64,000 bases of DNA from the human T2T-CHM13v2.0 reference genome, Homo sapiens. This document shows positions 29,702-48,546 of this stretch, one piece after another. Numbering within the stretch: position 1 is the first letter of the stretch; the number at the start of each line of letters is the position of its first letter. The translations under genes were made by a program, and so were the position numbers. A model generated the notes under the pieces. The model did not search any database. It had not been told where the DNA came from and was given only the letters and a program-made list of their open reading frames with translations. The DNA is taken from the NCBI RefSeq assembly GCF_009914755.1, contig NC_060937.1. One strand, 5' to 3'.

Positions 29702-30794
29702 AAAAATGAAATAATATTATAAGATATCCTGAAATATATATAATATGTTAGTTCCTAACATTGTTTTAAAAGTTACTTGTTTAACCAATCAAAGAAGAAA
29801 CAACTTAAACAGACTTTACAAAAATTCATCAGATTTAATAAAGTTGTCTATTCGAAGATAGGGACTTTTTTAAAAATTAAATGAGAAAGCAACTATTGGC
29901 AAATTCAAATTCCTTTCTTATCAAAATATATATTTTGAATTTTTATTGTTTAAAACAATATAGAATTTGAATTAATAGCTTAGTAAGGAAATGTCTTTCC
30001 TCAAGACTACAATGTGCTATCTTGCATACAAAATTACCAAATAAACACAGTGGCTGCTGATAAATTTTTACCTAATTATTCAATATGTTTCCCTTGAAAA
30101 ATGAATGATTAAATGAATTAAACAATAGTTAAACAATTAGATTCAGTATGAATATTATGTGCATACTGTACATACTTTTGTATTTTCAAGGTCAATCATT
30201 GCATAGAAAGAAATTAATTTTTTTAAGAAGTTAAAAATATAGTACTTAATCTTGAATAAATTTGTTAACAACTAGGGCACATTAAAATATGCCTCAAAGG
30301 TAGTAAAATTACATTTTAACATTTATACAAGAGGTTGTCTAGAATATTACAAAAGAAAAATAACCTAAAAATAAAAACTTTCCCAAAACAAAGACTCAAA
30401 AGCAGCCCAAAACTGTTACAACAATAAAAATAATGCCACAATATTTGTTTCTATTTTAATTGAAAAAAGGAAAGGCAGATTTAGTTATTACTCTAAATAG
30501 ATACTTTATTGTTGATTTTTCTAGATTTAATAGATTCAATAGTTTGAACTTAAAACCGTATTTCTCAATTTTACTCTAATTTTCTAACCTCAAACTTAAA
30601 ACACATCATTTCCCTCTTTATTTTCCCACCAACCACACACACTAGCCACGTCATTCTATTTGTATTTACCTCATTCTTTTTCACATACTCTTTGTGTGTG
30701 ATTCTGCTTTACCATTTTTTAGAATATCTTTTCTCAATTTTTCACCTATGTTAAATATTGTTTTAATATATAGCGTATTAATAGAAAAGCTAAG

Positions 30795-31290
30795 GTATAG
30801 TAAAGCAAACAGATCAGAAGACAATTGCCATTGAAAAGATACTCACAATTTCCAAGAGAAGGGAGCATGTCACACCAGGGGAGACTACAGGGAAGAACTC
30901 AGGTCCATCAGGAAACAGAGAGAGGGAGGAATTCAGGAGCAAGACCCTAGACTGTGGTGTTTGCAGGAAGAAACCAAGCAGGGTAAACAAGCTTAGGACT
31001 GGCTCATTTGAATAATTTCAGTGGGCTCTGGGGCATAAGAGCTGTCCCTGGTTCTCTGGTTTTTGGCCCTAGCGTGATTAGGACAGAAGCACAGTGGCCT
31101 GGAGTGTGACAGCCCTATAGAGTATGAGTTTGGGAATTGGTTAGTTTGTATTTGTAAAGCCCATCTTCATGAGGAGTTCAGGGGAGACTTCGTAGCCAGA
31201 AGCTGAGGCAAGGTGACTCCAGCATACTATCCATCTTCAAGAACAAGATGTGTCTGAATTGCTGTATGTTATAAAGTTTCGATGTCTAAT
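30795..31290 (-). mobile_element. MER74/MER54-family solo LTR (ERVL)
   Basis: GCCATTGAAAAGATA and TTTGAATAATTTCAGTGGGCTCTGGGGCATAAGAGCTGTCCCT. Confidence 0.7.
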
Positions 31291-31399
31291 AGAGTAAATC
31301 TTTCATCCTGTTGGTTCTCTTTGATTTAATTTGCTTTTTTCTCTCTCTCTCTAAGTCCTGTTCTCGGAATAATCCAATCTGATATGTGTGTCACTATTC

Positions 31400-32650
<1,251 letters not shown>

Positions 32651-32949
32651 CTTCACAATGCATTGTAAGATAATGTATACATTTCATAGGATGACAATTT
32701 TTAGGTACACTTAATGGGATGGGACTATAGATTATTGGGATTTTCTTTAATAATAGTTTAATAATAGTTTAAAATTGGTAAACTATTTTTAAGGGGAAGT
32801 TGTTAACAATCACTTTCTACAATATGTGACTCTCTCTTCAAAGAGTAAATCAGAGACAAATCTTTTTTTTCAAATTTCTTTTTTTGAAAATCAATAATAA
32901 TGACCCTATTTTTTAGTTTGAATGAATTCTCATTAATTTAAAATGCAAA

Positions 32950-33362
32950 TATTTTGGACTAAATGTTTGTGTCCCTCCCACCCCAAATTTAAATTTTGAA
33001 GCCCTAATCCCCAGTATTATGGTTTTGGAGATGTGGGCCTTTGGAGGTCAAAAGGTTGAGATGAAACCATGAGGATGGAGTCCTCATGATGGAATTAGTG
33101 AATTTATTATAAAAGACACAGAAGAGCACTTTCTTGTACACTTCCTTTGTCTCTGTCTCTCTGTGTGTTTCTCTATCTCTCTTCCCTGTGGGAACACAAC
33201 AAAAGGTATCTGTGTGACAAGCATGAAGAATACCCTCAGCAGAAACTGACTATGTGTATGCTGATCGTGTACTTCTTAGCCTCCAAACTATGTGGAAAAA
33301 AAATTGTTGTATAAGACACCAAGTTTATTGCATTTTGTTACGGCAGCCTGAGCAGTCTAACA
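32950..33362 (+). mobile_element. MLT1A/MSTD-type MaLR solo LTR
   Basis: GGACTAAATGTTTGTGTCCC, GAAGCCCTAATCCCCA, TTTTGTTACGGCAGCCTGAGCAG. Confidence 0.8.
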
Positions 33363-34160
33363 AGAAAGCAATAAAAAGTATAAGTAATTAAGATGAAACT
33401 AAATTTATCATCCAAATTCTCACCATAAAGAAATAACCACTTTCAAAATATGTAGAACAAGATTTCACATATTTTCCTAAAGTTTATGGACAGAGATAAT
33501 TGATAAAGATTTTATACAAATTGACTATTAAGAAACGATTGTATTTAATTATAACAGAAGATAAAAATAATTTTGTATAGAGAAACTGATTAACGTTTAT
33601 GCATATTTGTTCCTAAAGTACATTCAAAGTTAAGAGAACAGATTATAAAATCATAAGTTAGAGTTCTTATAGTATAGGTTTCTTACAAGAAGGGAAGAAA
33701 GCAAAATAAATTTAACACAACTAAAGCAGATCTTGCAGAATGTGATTTATATATGGACATGAGTCAGCTTCCTAAACTTGAATCTCAGTGTTATATAGAT
33801 GAACCCACTCAGACAGAAACAACGTTGAACTAGAACAGAACTCCTTTGACAGGCAATGCACATGTTTTTAGGAGAGCAGACTGTAAGCTTTCTCTGAGCC
33901 TCCGAGAGGCAGAAGGTAAGAATGATTCTGGGTTATGCATCCTCAAGTTTTTGTTTAAACTCTCTGAATAAGTACATCATTCCATTTTGCTGGGGCAAAG
34001 TGAGTGGATAGGGAAAGCAGGCCAAGGGCATTATGTGAATGGGTCACTTCAAAGGGAAAAACATATCTGAAACATGGTAGAAGCACCCCATAACTACTTT
34101 TTCATGCCTTTGGCCTATTGGACTTAACCATTATAGCAATGATGACTCAAAAACTACACT

Positions 34161-37638
<3,478 letters not shown>

Positions 37639-37685
37639 AACTACACTGTTTCATTGCTCTAGATTTCTTTTTGTCTCCATTTAAT

Positions 37686-38196
37686 TATGGAGAGACTTGC
37701 AGAGACAGAAATGACTGTCACGTGTTCTTATACACATAAAGCCCTAGAAACAGGAGCCACAGCACATCATGCACTGGGGCCATATGGGGAAGTACCAGAG
37801 TCAGTGAAGGCAAAAGGAGCAAAACTAAAGCATGAGCCAGAGCCTTTAATATGGTTTTCCTTGGAAGGAATGAGTGAGACAGTGTAAGCAGCTGAGCAGG
37901 TTTAAGACTGTGTAGTGTGAGTACTTTTTGTGTAATTTAGTCCCTAGTGTTCCAGCACCTGATTCTGGGGTGACGAAAGCAGAGGGATAATGTCCCAGAC
38001 CACAGGAGCCATATAATAAGAGTCAAGTGAGGGTGTGGATTCTGGATTGGTTGGTTTGCATATAAATAACATGCTCATAGGCAAGTTGTTTAGTATTTCT
38101 AGAAATTAGCTAACCCTAGGAGGAGCACTCTGTCTTGAAACCTATATGGTCTCAAGATGTCAAAGCAAAACAAAAACAATAACCATGATTAATACA
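37686..38196 (-). mobile_element. LTR53/MER73-type solo LTR (ERVL)
   Basis: AGAGCCTTTAATATGGTTTTCC, GGATTGGTTGGTTTGCATAT, CAAGATGTCAAAGCA...ATGATTAATACA. Confidence 0.6.
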
Positions 38197-38519
38197 GCAA
38201 GACGGAATAAGCTATATATTGCCTTAAGGAAGAAGTTACTTGGCTCTCTATGGCTGATCGTCATAACCTGTAAGATTTCTTCTCTTGACTTGAGTTGGAC
38301 AACTGGGGTTTTATTTCTGAAGCATTTTATAGGAACTACTCATTGTTCTTGTTTTTGTCATATTAGTCATGATGCTGGCCAATTGCATTCAACTCAGTCT
38401 TAACTTCCTTTTTATAGCAGCCCTCTCACCAGAAGATTGCCCTTACTACAAAACTGCAAAAAGTTCAAGAACATCTCATAATATGGTTGACAATAGAGAC
38501 AATTAAACAGTCTCTAAGT

Positions 38520-39031
38520 TGTGAAGATCTGAATCTCTAAACTTCCCTGAATTGGCTTGGCCAATGCCTCAAGCTAGTTAATGACAAAATGGGAGGAGGG
38601 GTAGCCAGACCATATATAAGAATAGAGCTCTGACCCACATCTTTGTAGCAACCAGCCTGGGAAGCCAAACCACAGCCTCTGCATCAACCAGCCCCAAATG
38701 AATAGGATTTAGTTAATGATTGCCAGGTTCCCTATTTTTGCCTCAGCTGCCAACTCAGGACCCATCAGAGAAAGTCAAGTATGCTTTCTGACTGATCACA
38801 TAAGATGCTCCATTTCCCCTTATTTATTTAGTCCATCTTCAGCTTCCCCATACAACCTTAAAGCAGAGCATATCCAAAAGCTTTCCTTTTCCAAGTACAA
38901 AACTTTCCTATTCCTCAGCCTTTCTTTGAGTCTCTGCAAAACATATATGATGACAGCTGACTTTCTTGTTATAAAAAGTCTGAATAAATATAGATTCTCT
39001 CTGTTATTATTAGGTGTTATTTATTTCCACA
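38520..39031 (+). mobile_element. MER90/MER110-type solo LTR (ERV1)
   Basis: TG...CA ends; ATAGAGCTCTGACCCACA, GCAACCAGCCTGGGAAGCCAAACCACA; AATAAA near the 3' end. Confidence 0.65.
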
Positions 39032-39337
39032 ACCTACAAAAAATCTTCAGGCAGGGTACTATTTAAAGGTGCAATATTGAAAAATTCCACATAAAATCAG
39101 GAAAAAAGAAAGAATGTTCATCTCACTGCTATTCTTCTACACATTACTGTAAGCACTAACCATTATAAAAAGAAGAAAAATAAAGGGCATAATGATTGAA
39201 TAGGAAAAACAAAATTGTCTTTACTTGAAAATGAGATGATTATGGGAAAAAACTAAGGAATACATTTCAAAAGCTACTAGAAATAAATAATATATATATA
39301 TGAAATTTATAGCAAACAAGGTTAATATATAAAAGTG

Positions 39338-40121
39338 CATGTTGAGTGTTCCTTATCCAGATATCTGAAATCTGAAATGCTCTAAAAGCTGAAACTTTTT
39401 GAGAGCTGACGTGATGCTCAAGGAAATGTTCACTTAAGCATTACAGATTTTGGATTTCTGGATTAGCACTACTGAATTTGTAAGTATAATGTAAATATTC
39501 TGAAATCTGAAAATAATTTGAAATCTGAAATACCTCTGGTCCCAAGCATTTTTTAACTCACTATATGTGCTCATTTTTTTTAACAAATACCTATTAAGCA
39601 GACACTATGAAGAAAAACTGTGCAAACATTGGAAATACATAAGTAAGCAAGGCAGAAGGGCCTCTTGTATTAAAAATAAATGAAGGAGGACACTAGTTAA
39701 AGTGGTAAGGAGAGATTTTAATCATTTAATAATAATGATTGCAACATGGAACATGGAAAAGAGTGCAGCATGAGTTGAATTCAACTTCAATTTGTATATT
39801 GGCAACTGATTGTTTTATTTTATTTTAGATTCTAGGGGTACATCTGAACGTTTGTCACATGGGTATACTGTGTGATGCTGAATATTGAACTTCTAATGAT
39901 CTCATCGCCCATGTAGTGAACATAAGACCCAATAGACAGTTTTTCAACAGTTGGCCAGCTCCCTCTCTCTTCTCTTTTGGAATCTCCAGTGTTTATGGTT
40001 CCCATCTTTGTGTTTTTGGGTACCAAATGTTTACCTCCTACTTATAAGTGAAAACGTGGTATTTAGTTTGCTGTTTTTGCGTTAATTCGACAAGCATTTT
40101 GGATAAGCAGTTCTTAACCGG
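39338..40121. mobile_element. Tigger4a (TcMar-Tigger), split near one end by an L1-mediated insertion
   Basis: CATGTTGAGTGTTCCTTATCC...CTGGTCCCAAGCATTTT (39338-39552); terminal piece CAAGCATTTTGGATAAGCAGTTCTTAACCGG (40091-40121). Confidence 0.85.
39813..40090 (-). mobile_element. L1PA15/16-like 3' fragment (5'-truncated), with probable 3' transduction at 39553-39812
   Basis: TTTTAGATTCTAGGGGTACAT...CACATGGGTATACTGTGTGATGCTGA...CTTATAAGTGAAAAC. Confidence 0.85.
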
Positions 40122-40694
40122 TAAAATGTGTTGTTGCATACTAATAATGAATCATTAAAACATAATAATAAATTCTATTCACAATAGAATAATCACAAGC
40201 ATATAATTCTTAGGAATAAAGGCAACAAAATATGCGTAGGACTTTTATCTAGAAGCTAAAAATATTATTGAGAAATTTTAAGAAAAAATAGAAAATGTAG
40301 ATCTATACATGTTCTTATTGATATGTTATTTATATTAAGATATCCATCCACCTTATATTGATCTACAAATGTGTTTCAACTCTGATGAAAATCACATCAG
40401 ATTTTACTGCAAAATAAAAATAAACAATGTGATGTCAAGATGTATATATATATGCAGAAATACAAAGGAACATAGGTAATTTAACCAATCTTGGAAAAGA
40501 ATATAATCAAAGAAGTAACATTAAATTATGTTAAGATTTTTAAAGCTGCATGTTAAAAAATGGAGCATCCATAAATATGTTCATGTTTAACGTAGATGAT
40601 GAACTGATTTTCTATGAAGACAAAGGACAATAGAAAACACATATTTTTACAACAAATCTGAAACAACTAGATAAATTTATGAAAATCAAATTAA

Positions 40695-40841
40695 TTTTTT
40701 TATTTCTAACTTTTTCTGTTGCCCAGGCTGGAGTGGTGCAATCATAGCTCACTGCAGCGTGGAACTCCTGGGCTCAAGAAATCCTCCTTCTTCAGTCTCC
40801 TAATGCACTGGGGTTACAAATGTGAGTCATCATGCTTAGCC
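40695..40841 (-). mobile_element. FLAM (Alu monomer)
   Basis: GTTGCCCAGGCTGG...GAACTCCTGGGCTCAAG...GGTTACAAATGTGAG; single-arm length. Confidence 0.75.
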
Positions 40842-43472
40842 TAACGTCAATGTTTATCCCATATCATTTACAAATTTGTGATGAATCCAATTTGAGATGC
40901 TCATAAACATAAATATGAAACATAAATATAAAAACTAATACTATAAATCATATAAGAGAACAATCTTGCATCTCAGGGAGGCAAAATATTACATCTTTAG
41001 GGAGGCAAAAATATTTCAGACAAAACAAACAGAAAATGTAGCCGTAAAGGAAAAAATTATATAAATAGGGCTTCCTCAAAATAAGATTTTCTACTCATCA
41101 AGAGAAAGCATTGAAAAAAATTAAAAGGCAGGACACAGAATCAGAGGAATTATTTTTAATACATACAAATGACTTAGAAGATCTTAATAAGTAATACTAT
41201 TCAGTAATAAAACGTCTAACAGCCTCTCCCCAAATAGGCATGGGTCTTGAATATCTTACAAAGGAAGATATGCAATGTCACATGAACAGGCACTGGACAT
41301 CATTATTCATTAGGAATATGCAAATATACATGACAATGACAGCCATTGCACATTCACTAGAAATTATTTAAAGAAATTTTAAAATACTGACAATACCAAA
41401 AATTATAGATATGTAGCAACTGGAAGTCGTTTTGTTTCTTAAGAGTGTAAAATGGGGCAAACACTCCAGAGAACAGTTAATTATTTTCTTATAAAGTTTA
41501 AAATATATTTTTCTTTGACCCAGTAAGTTTTTTCTCTGTTATGTACACAAAAGAAATAATAACTGATGCCACGATAAAGATTTATTCAAAACTTATTAGA
41601 ACAGTTTTATTCTTAAAACTAAACCTTGAAACAACCCAAACAACCTTCAATAAAGGAATGGATACACGAATTGTATATATTCATACAGTGGACACTACAG
41701 TACTCAGAATTAACAACAACAACAACAAATCAGATATTGACGTGTAACAAAATGTCTGGGCCTCTATAAAATATTATATTGAATAAAATAAAAAAGTTGA
41801 ATATCTATTCTTATTATGTTGAACAAATTTAAAAAAAATTACATGGCATAAAGTTCCATTTATATGACATTCCAATAGAGGCAAAACTAATCCATGGTTA
41901 TGAAAATAAGAATGGATTAAAGATTTGATGTGTGAATGAGATTTAAGTGGAAAGGCACGAAGGAATTTTTGAGGTGAGGAAAATGCCTGTAGCTTGAATC
42001 AGTATTGATTATATGGGTCTTTGTATTTGTCCAAAGTTATTGAATTGTAAACTTTAGATCTGTGCATTTCACAGTTTAAAAAAATTTACCTCACCAGTGA
42101 AACTCTGTCTACCTAAAGTCTGCAGAAAGCATAACTCAAGAATTTAACATAAGGTCCCCTAATCACATGAAGGTAAGAAACAGCCATCTTTTAAACATTT
42201 AAAAAGTCAGGGGAATAAAAATCCAGGAGTTTTTTTTTTTTTTTTTTTGAATAACTATTAAACTTATGCCAGTGAAAGAAAATAAAATTAATTTTCACAA
42301 AAGTTGATATACATGACTGAGGATTAAATCTATATTGATATTGTTGAGATTAAAATACAATGCAATTTTAATAAACATTTAAAACATGGACATGGTGTCC
42401 CTAACAATTTGTTGATAGGGGAGAGGATAATATAAAAATTAATTTTATGAATCCCACATAAGTACTTGTTAAAAACATATGCCTCTGTTCTTTTTATTTA
42501 GGAATCACTCACAGAAAGCACACATTCTTTGTTTCTGCACTAACTCTGGAATTCAATATTAGAAGGCTCAACTGCCATGAATATAAATCAAGTTCATCTG
42601 CATCCCCTATATCAGACTAAATGTGTTTGTTTCTCAGTATTCTGCTATATTCCTTGTATTAATTTTAATAGAATCAAAACTGAGATATGGAAGAGGATGT
42701 TATATATTGAACACCTTTTCTTCCACCTAGCATACCCAATATTTGCCGCATGGGCCAGAAATATAAGAATTAGAAATGCGTCTTTATTTGGGGTCCTTAC
42801 TTCACTCACAATTCTAGATAGTCTTTTAGTTATGACAAAGTCTAAGAATTTTATTTTTAAATAAATTATTATCATATTTTTCTGTTACCATTTTTTGGTT
42901 GGTTTTCCATGCAGTTTGTGCCTACTTCCAGGAGGAAGACACCTACACACATTTACTCTTCTCTACTTTCTTTACAAATTTGAATATGAAAAAGAGAGCC
43001 AGGAATTGCCAAAAGCTGGTTACTCCAAGACCCTAGGCATTCTGTCAAAATCTAACTTGGATGATCATGTAAAATACTCATCATTTTATTAATATCAGTA
43101 TGTTCATTCAAATGGTAACAAGATTTTCACTTGATTTCTAAATCACTGATCTTAAGTGAAAAATATCAAAATAGAGGACTTCACAAATATTATCGTTTAG
43201 AACATCCTCACTTTAAACAATCTAAAGTTATTTTTAATGTTGAATCAATCATACTCTGACCTTCTCCATAGGAAAGGAAAATGTAAATATCCCAGACAGC
43301 AGAGAGCAAACTGTCATAAAAATAAAACTGTACTTTCAAATAGCTGTAGTCCACAGCACAGCTCTAACCCAAATTGTCATTTCAGCTGCTTCACATTATT
43401 AGAAAATACTTACCTTCTAGCTTTGAACATGAAAGAAAAGTACTCTTAGTCTATCAGCTTCCCTAACTAGGA

Positions 43473-43937
43473 GATTCATGTATTTGTTGGGGTCATATAA
43501 AGAAACTGATAGTGCAATTTAATAAGGATAATGCAGAGAGGGTTTGGAGATTCTTTGCAAAGCTGTTGAAGGGATGAGAAAGAACACAAGAGACTGCAGT
43601 AACCTTTGGTTAGAGTGATTTTTATCACCCCTAGTTTGAAAGGGCCAGTGGCAAAGCAAGTTTACTAACTTTAGGATAAAGTAGACTCATCAGGAAAAGA
43701 GCAACCACCTAAGCTTAAGGGACAAAGCCAATCACCCGTGGGAAGCCAGTGTTAAAAATACTTGATCTTGCTCTCTGCTTTCCTGAGAATACAAATCATT
43801 CACTTTAACTCATTGAATTCACTCAGCAGTCAGAAGAAAAGGAAGCCTCTTGTTGGAATTCATACTAAGAAGATCAGAAAGTGTAGTGGAAAAGAGAGGA
43901 CTAGAACTGCAGGTGCAAGTAGAAGTCGGTGTCCAAA
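43473..43937 (-). mobile_element. LTR33-family solo LTR (ERVL)
   Basis: TGTATTTGTTGGGGTC, AGGATAAT, TATCACCCCTAGTTTGAAAGG. Confidence 0.5.
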
Positions 43938-44914
43938 AAGAAGTGTATTTGTATTGTTCATTTGACCTCATTTATTTTAGTATGCAAGCGTGTGCTTAAA
44001 AATATTTCAGCCTTCTTTTTACTATATATGCAACTCATCATCATTTATTGAGAGATTATATATCCATCATTACTTCAATGATCTCATTTTTAGCTTTCCT
44101 CTTCTTTATTAATGGATGCAGTAACTTCTGGCATTCCCCTGAGAATATTAATTCTACTTATTTGGAAGTACTCTTTTTATTGCTCTCTGCTGTCTTTCTT
44201 TTGTATTTTATACATCTTTCATTTGCTTTATGTTATTTTAAATCTTACCCTATGCACTTACAATGATGGCACTTCTCTGAATGACTGTTGATTTTCTTCC
44301 TTTCTTTCTTTTTTTCATGTTGTCTACATTTTTTTTTCAAGGTGAGTTTCTGCTAGACTGTTATTACTGAGCAATCCTTTGGTGGAGAAGGAGGTTCATG
44401 CTGCTACAGGCCACAATTTGCCTCATTTGCAGTCAGATCAGGCTTTTTGTCAGAGAGAGGACATGCCCATTAGGCAATATGTATTCAGATATTTCCAACT
44501 GATCGCTGCCTTTTCTTTCTGATTCAAATTCCCATTCTCAATATATTTACCTAATGTATGCCTCCCTTTTGCCTTTTTAAGCAAGACTAAAAAATCAATA
44601 CCCTTGAAAAAAATTGATTAATTTGGCTAACTTAAATTTAAAGTCTTCACTTCTAGCAAAATAGTTTTACTACATGTTTTTTACTATGAGAAAATATGTA
44701 AACTATGTATACCAAAGCAAATCTATAAATAATTTAGAAAAATAAAAATATTTCAATAGAAAAGTGGGAAAATGTAAAAATAGGTACTTACTGGAAGAAT
44801 CAAGAGATTAGTTCTAAAGACCTTAATTATTTATTTAAACTAATTTAATTAAAATTTTAAAAATAATTAAATTTTTCAATAATCAAGTAAAACAAATTAA
44901 ACTTAAACAATAGA

Positions 44915-45560
44915 ACCTTTTATTTTGAGATGCAAAAGCATGAATCAAAGACATCTGTAAAGCTTAAATGTATTCAGATTGTAAAGCTAACCCATGTAAA
45001 CCAAACTAGGCCAGGAATTAGACTTTATTAGTGCCCCAGACTCCCCCAAGTGTCCCTTCCTAAAAGAAGCTCCTCTCACCCTAAGTTTTATGTATAATTT
45101 TTTTGCTGTGCTTCAAAAAGGTATAGCATGTATGCATCTCTGAACAACATACCTTAGTTTTTTTTGGCCTGCTTTGATAATTACTATGAAATCCTCTTTC
45201 TGTATTATTTTGTGCCACACTCCTTTTGTTCAACATATGTTTATGAGTGACAGCCCTGTTGTTGCAAGCGGTTGTAATTTATTTATTTTCACTGCTCTAT
45301 AATATTTGATTGTTTATATAGATGAGAATTTTCTATTTTATTCCCTATATACATTTGTGTTATTTTAAAGTTTGGGTGCTTAGGAGCAAAGTCAATATGA
45401 AAATACTTGGACATATGCTCTCAGAATTATATGCATAAGTTTATCTACAACATATAACTATCCAAGGAATTTTAGGAGCAAACATATGTGGATACTTATT
45501 TAATCACAGACTAACTTTTTTTCAAATCAGTTGTATCAATTTATACTTCTTCCTGTGGTA
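44915..45560 (-). mobile_element. L1ME3-like 3' region
   Basis: CTTTTGTTCAACATATGTTTATGAG...TTTATTTTCACTGCTCTATAATAT. Confidence 0.65.
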
Positions 45561-46801
45561 CCTAAGATTTCATAAAATTATACTTTCAATCCATGGGTTT
45601 AGCAAAATAATTCAAAGTTTAATAATATCAAATTGACATCTATAATTTAAGACCACTTTAGATGAAAATTTTTGATATCTATTAAATTTTACAATGTGAA
45701 TAACTTATAAGCACAATTTTCCTTAACTCATCATCTGTCTTACGAAATACTAACATATGTGCAATAAAATGCAATAGGATGTCAATTACAGCTTTTTAAA
45801 AATAGTCAAAAGCCCATTAAATAGATTAAATGTCCACCAATAGAGAAATGGCTAAGTAAATATGACATATCTAAGAGTTAAAGAAATGATAAAGATTAAC
45901 ATGTGTTGAATCACTAAGATTTCCAATACATATTAAATTGAAAAATAAAAACACATTATTGTGGTTAAAAATACACAAAGTATTAGATTATCAAATCAGA
46001 CTCACATGCATCGGAGATCTTATGCAAACTTAACTAATAATTTTATGGATAAAAATTATTGTGAGGTACAGGTGGAGCAAGGTAAGGTCAGATAGCACTG
46101 TGAGAATCCCTGGGTCCTTTCCTCCCACATCAGATATGCTTTGAACAAGGATAATAGATGATGATTCTGAGTAAGATGTGCGGTCATCTCACTTACACAG
46201 AGGAGATATTTAGATCACAAAATATCTCATTTTGTCTTTAGATGGTCCAGGAAACTATGCCCCATGAGTCAAAGAGATTTAGGTTTTATTATAAACAACC
46301 CTAGAAAAGAAATCACAGCACATACATTCTTCTAAAAGCATTCTGTAGGTAAGATATTCCTCCCTGGAAACTTCTTAGTTTGTTTGCCAAGAGGTTAGCC
46401 AGTTATATGGTTACCAAAAAACCTGCCTTCTTTGTCTCCAGCATGTTTCTTATTAAAGAGAATGAATGAATTGCAGAACTATTGTTTGCACATTTACTTT
46501 TAAATGGTTTATCAGTAAAATATGTGAGAATACATTTTTAAAATGAACTTATGTGATTGCTTTGGAAAATGTCTGGAAATACGCAAACCACACTGATAAT
46601 AATGGCCTTCTGGGGATGAACCAACACACAATAGATTTACTGGTAATCGTTTGATTTTTTCAAAAGTACTACATTCCTGTATAATTTGCATGATTAAAAT
46701 GTATTTAATATAATTTCCACCCGTGATAATTTTCTTGTGTATAAATAGGACATTGCTCTTGCTATTAGCAGCTATATACTGTAATATTTCTAGTTGAACC
46801 A

Positions 46802-47130
46802 CAGGGTTTAGCAGACTTCAGCCCATATACTGAACCTGTCCTATTGCCTGTTTTTGTACAACCTGCAGCTAAGAATGTTTTTATATTTTTTGAATAATAC
46901 AAAAATATCAACAGAAGAATAATAGTCCGTAACACAAAATTAACAAAATTTAACATTTGTGTCTATGAATAAAGTTGATAATATTGTAGCCACAGCCATT
47001 TGTCTGCATATTGTCTACTTTCTTGTTACAACAGGGTTTAGCAGTTGTGGCAGAGACTTCTACAATGTTCCCAAAGCCTAAAATATTTACTGTCTTACCC
47101 TTTATAGAAATAAATACTTTGCTGACACTG
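46802..47130 (+). mobile_element. MER58B (hAT-Charlie)
   Basis: CAGGGTTTAGCAGAC terminus, GCCTGTTTTTGTAC, AAAGCCTAAAATATTTACT, TTTGCTGACACTG. Confidence 0.85.
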
Positions 47131-47292
47131 TGACTCATAATAATGTTTGCAACTACTTTTTGAATAAGCTCAGAAGTTTACAGACACACACTCCTAAAAT
47201 ATTTGTTATATTGCTCTTTATAGAAATAATTTGCTTATCCCTGTGAATTATAGTGATGTATACAACTGATTTTTGAATAAGTTAAAAAATTT

Positions 47293-47615
<323 letters not shown>

Positions 47616-48183
47616 TTATGGATTGAGTTGCATGTATTTGAATATTAGTTTTGTTATTCTTGCAACTTATTAGGGGGTTTGACACTTTTTCTAAATTACA
47701 ATTGGGTGAAATTTTTGCAATTGATAAATTGCTAGATAACATAATCTAGCTCATATTATATGATAACTTTAGATGTTAAATCAGTAATAAACCTTATGAA
47801 GATCTATGTTTCTAGGAAACAATTACTTCAACAAGAAGGGAAAGTAAAGACAGAAGGTAAAACAAAATATAAGACGAAATAAAATAAAGATGGGAATTGA
47901 ATGCCATAGAAGTGTGGAAGTTGGAAGGAAAGTTTCTAAAATTATTTGGATAAAAAGGAAGCCATATATTTTACTGAATCTTCTAGATGGGTTTTAATTC
48001 TGTATCCTTTCATACTCATGTACTATGCCTTTTTTTCAACTTTTCATTCCACTTGTACTTCCTAACTTATGATGAATTTACCTATATAGAGTCCTTTTAT
48101 CATTTAGACTAAAATTGTATTTATTTGAAGGTAAGAACGGTCATATACTTCTTAGTTGTTTTCAGAATTGAAAACATGGTTGA

Positions 48184-48546
<363 letters not shown>

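Larger units (their letters stand above)
39070..42092 (+). mobile_element. Old L1ME (ORF2 to 3'UTR), host of Tigger4a and FLAM
   Basis: Degenerate ORF2 motifs; 3'UTR TTCCATTTATATGACATTCCAATAGAGGCAAAACTAATC and CTTTAGATCTGTGCATTTCAC. Confidence 0.7.

Noticed and set aside
33068-33090. CATGAGGA...TCCTCATG hairpin resembling a terminator
   Set aside because: This inverted repeat is intrinsic to MST/MLT1A LTRs.
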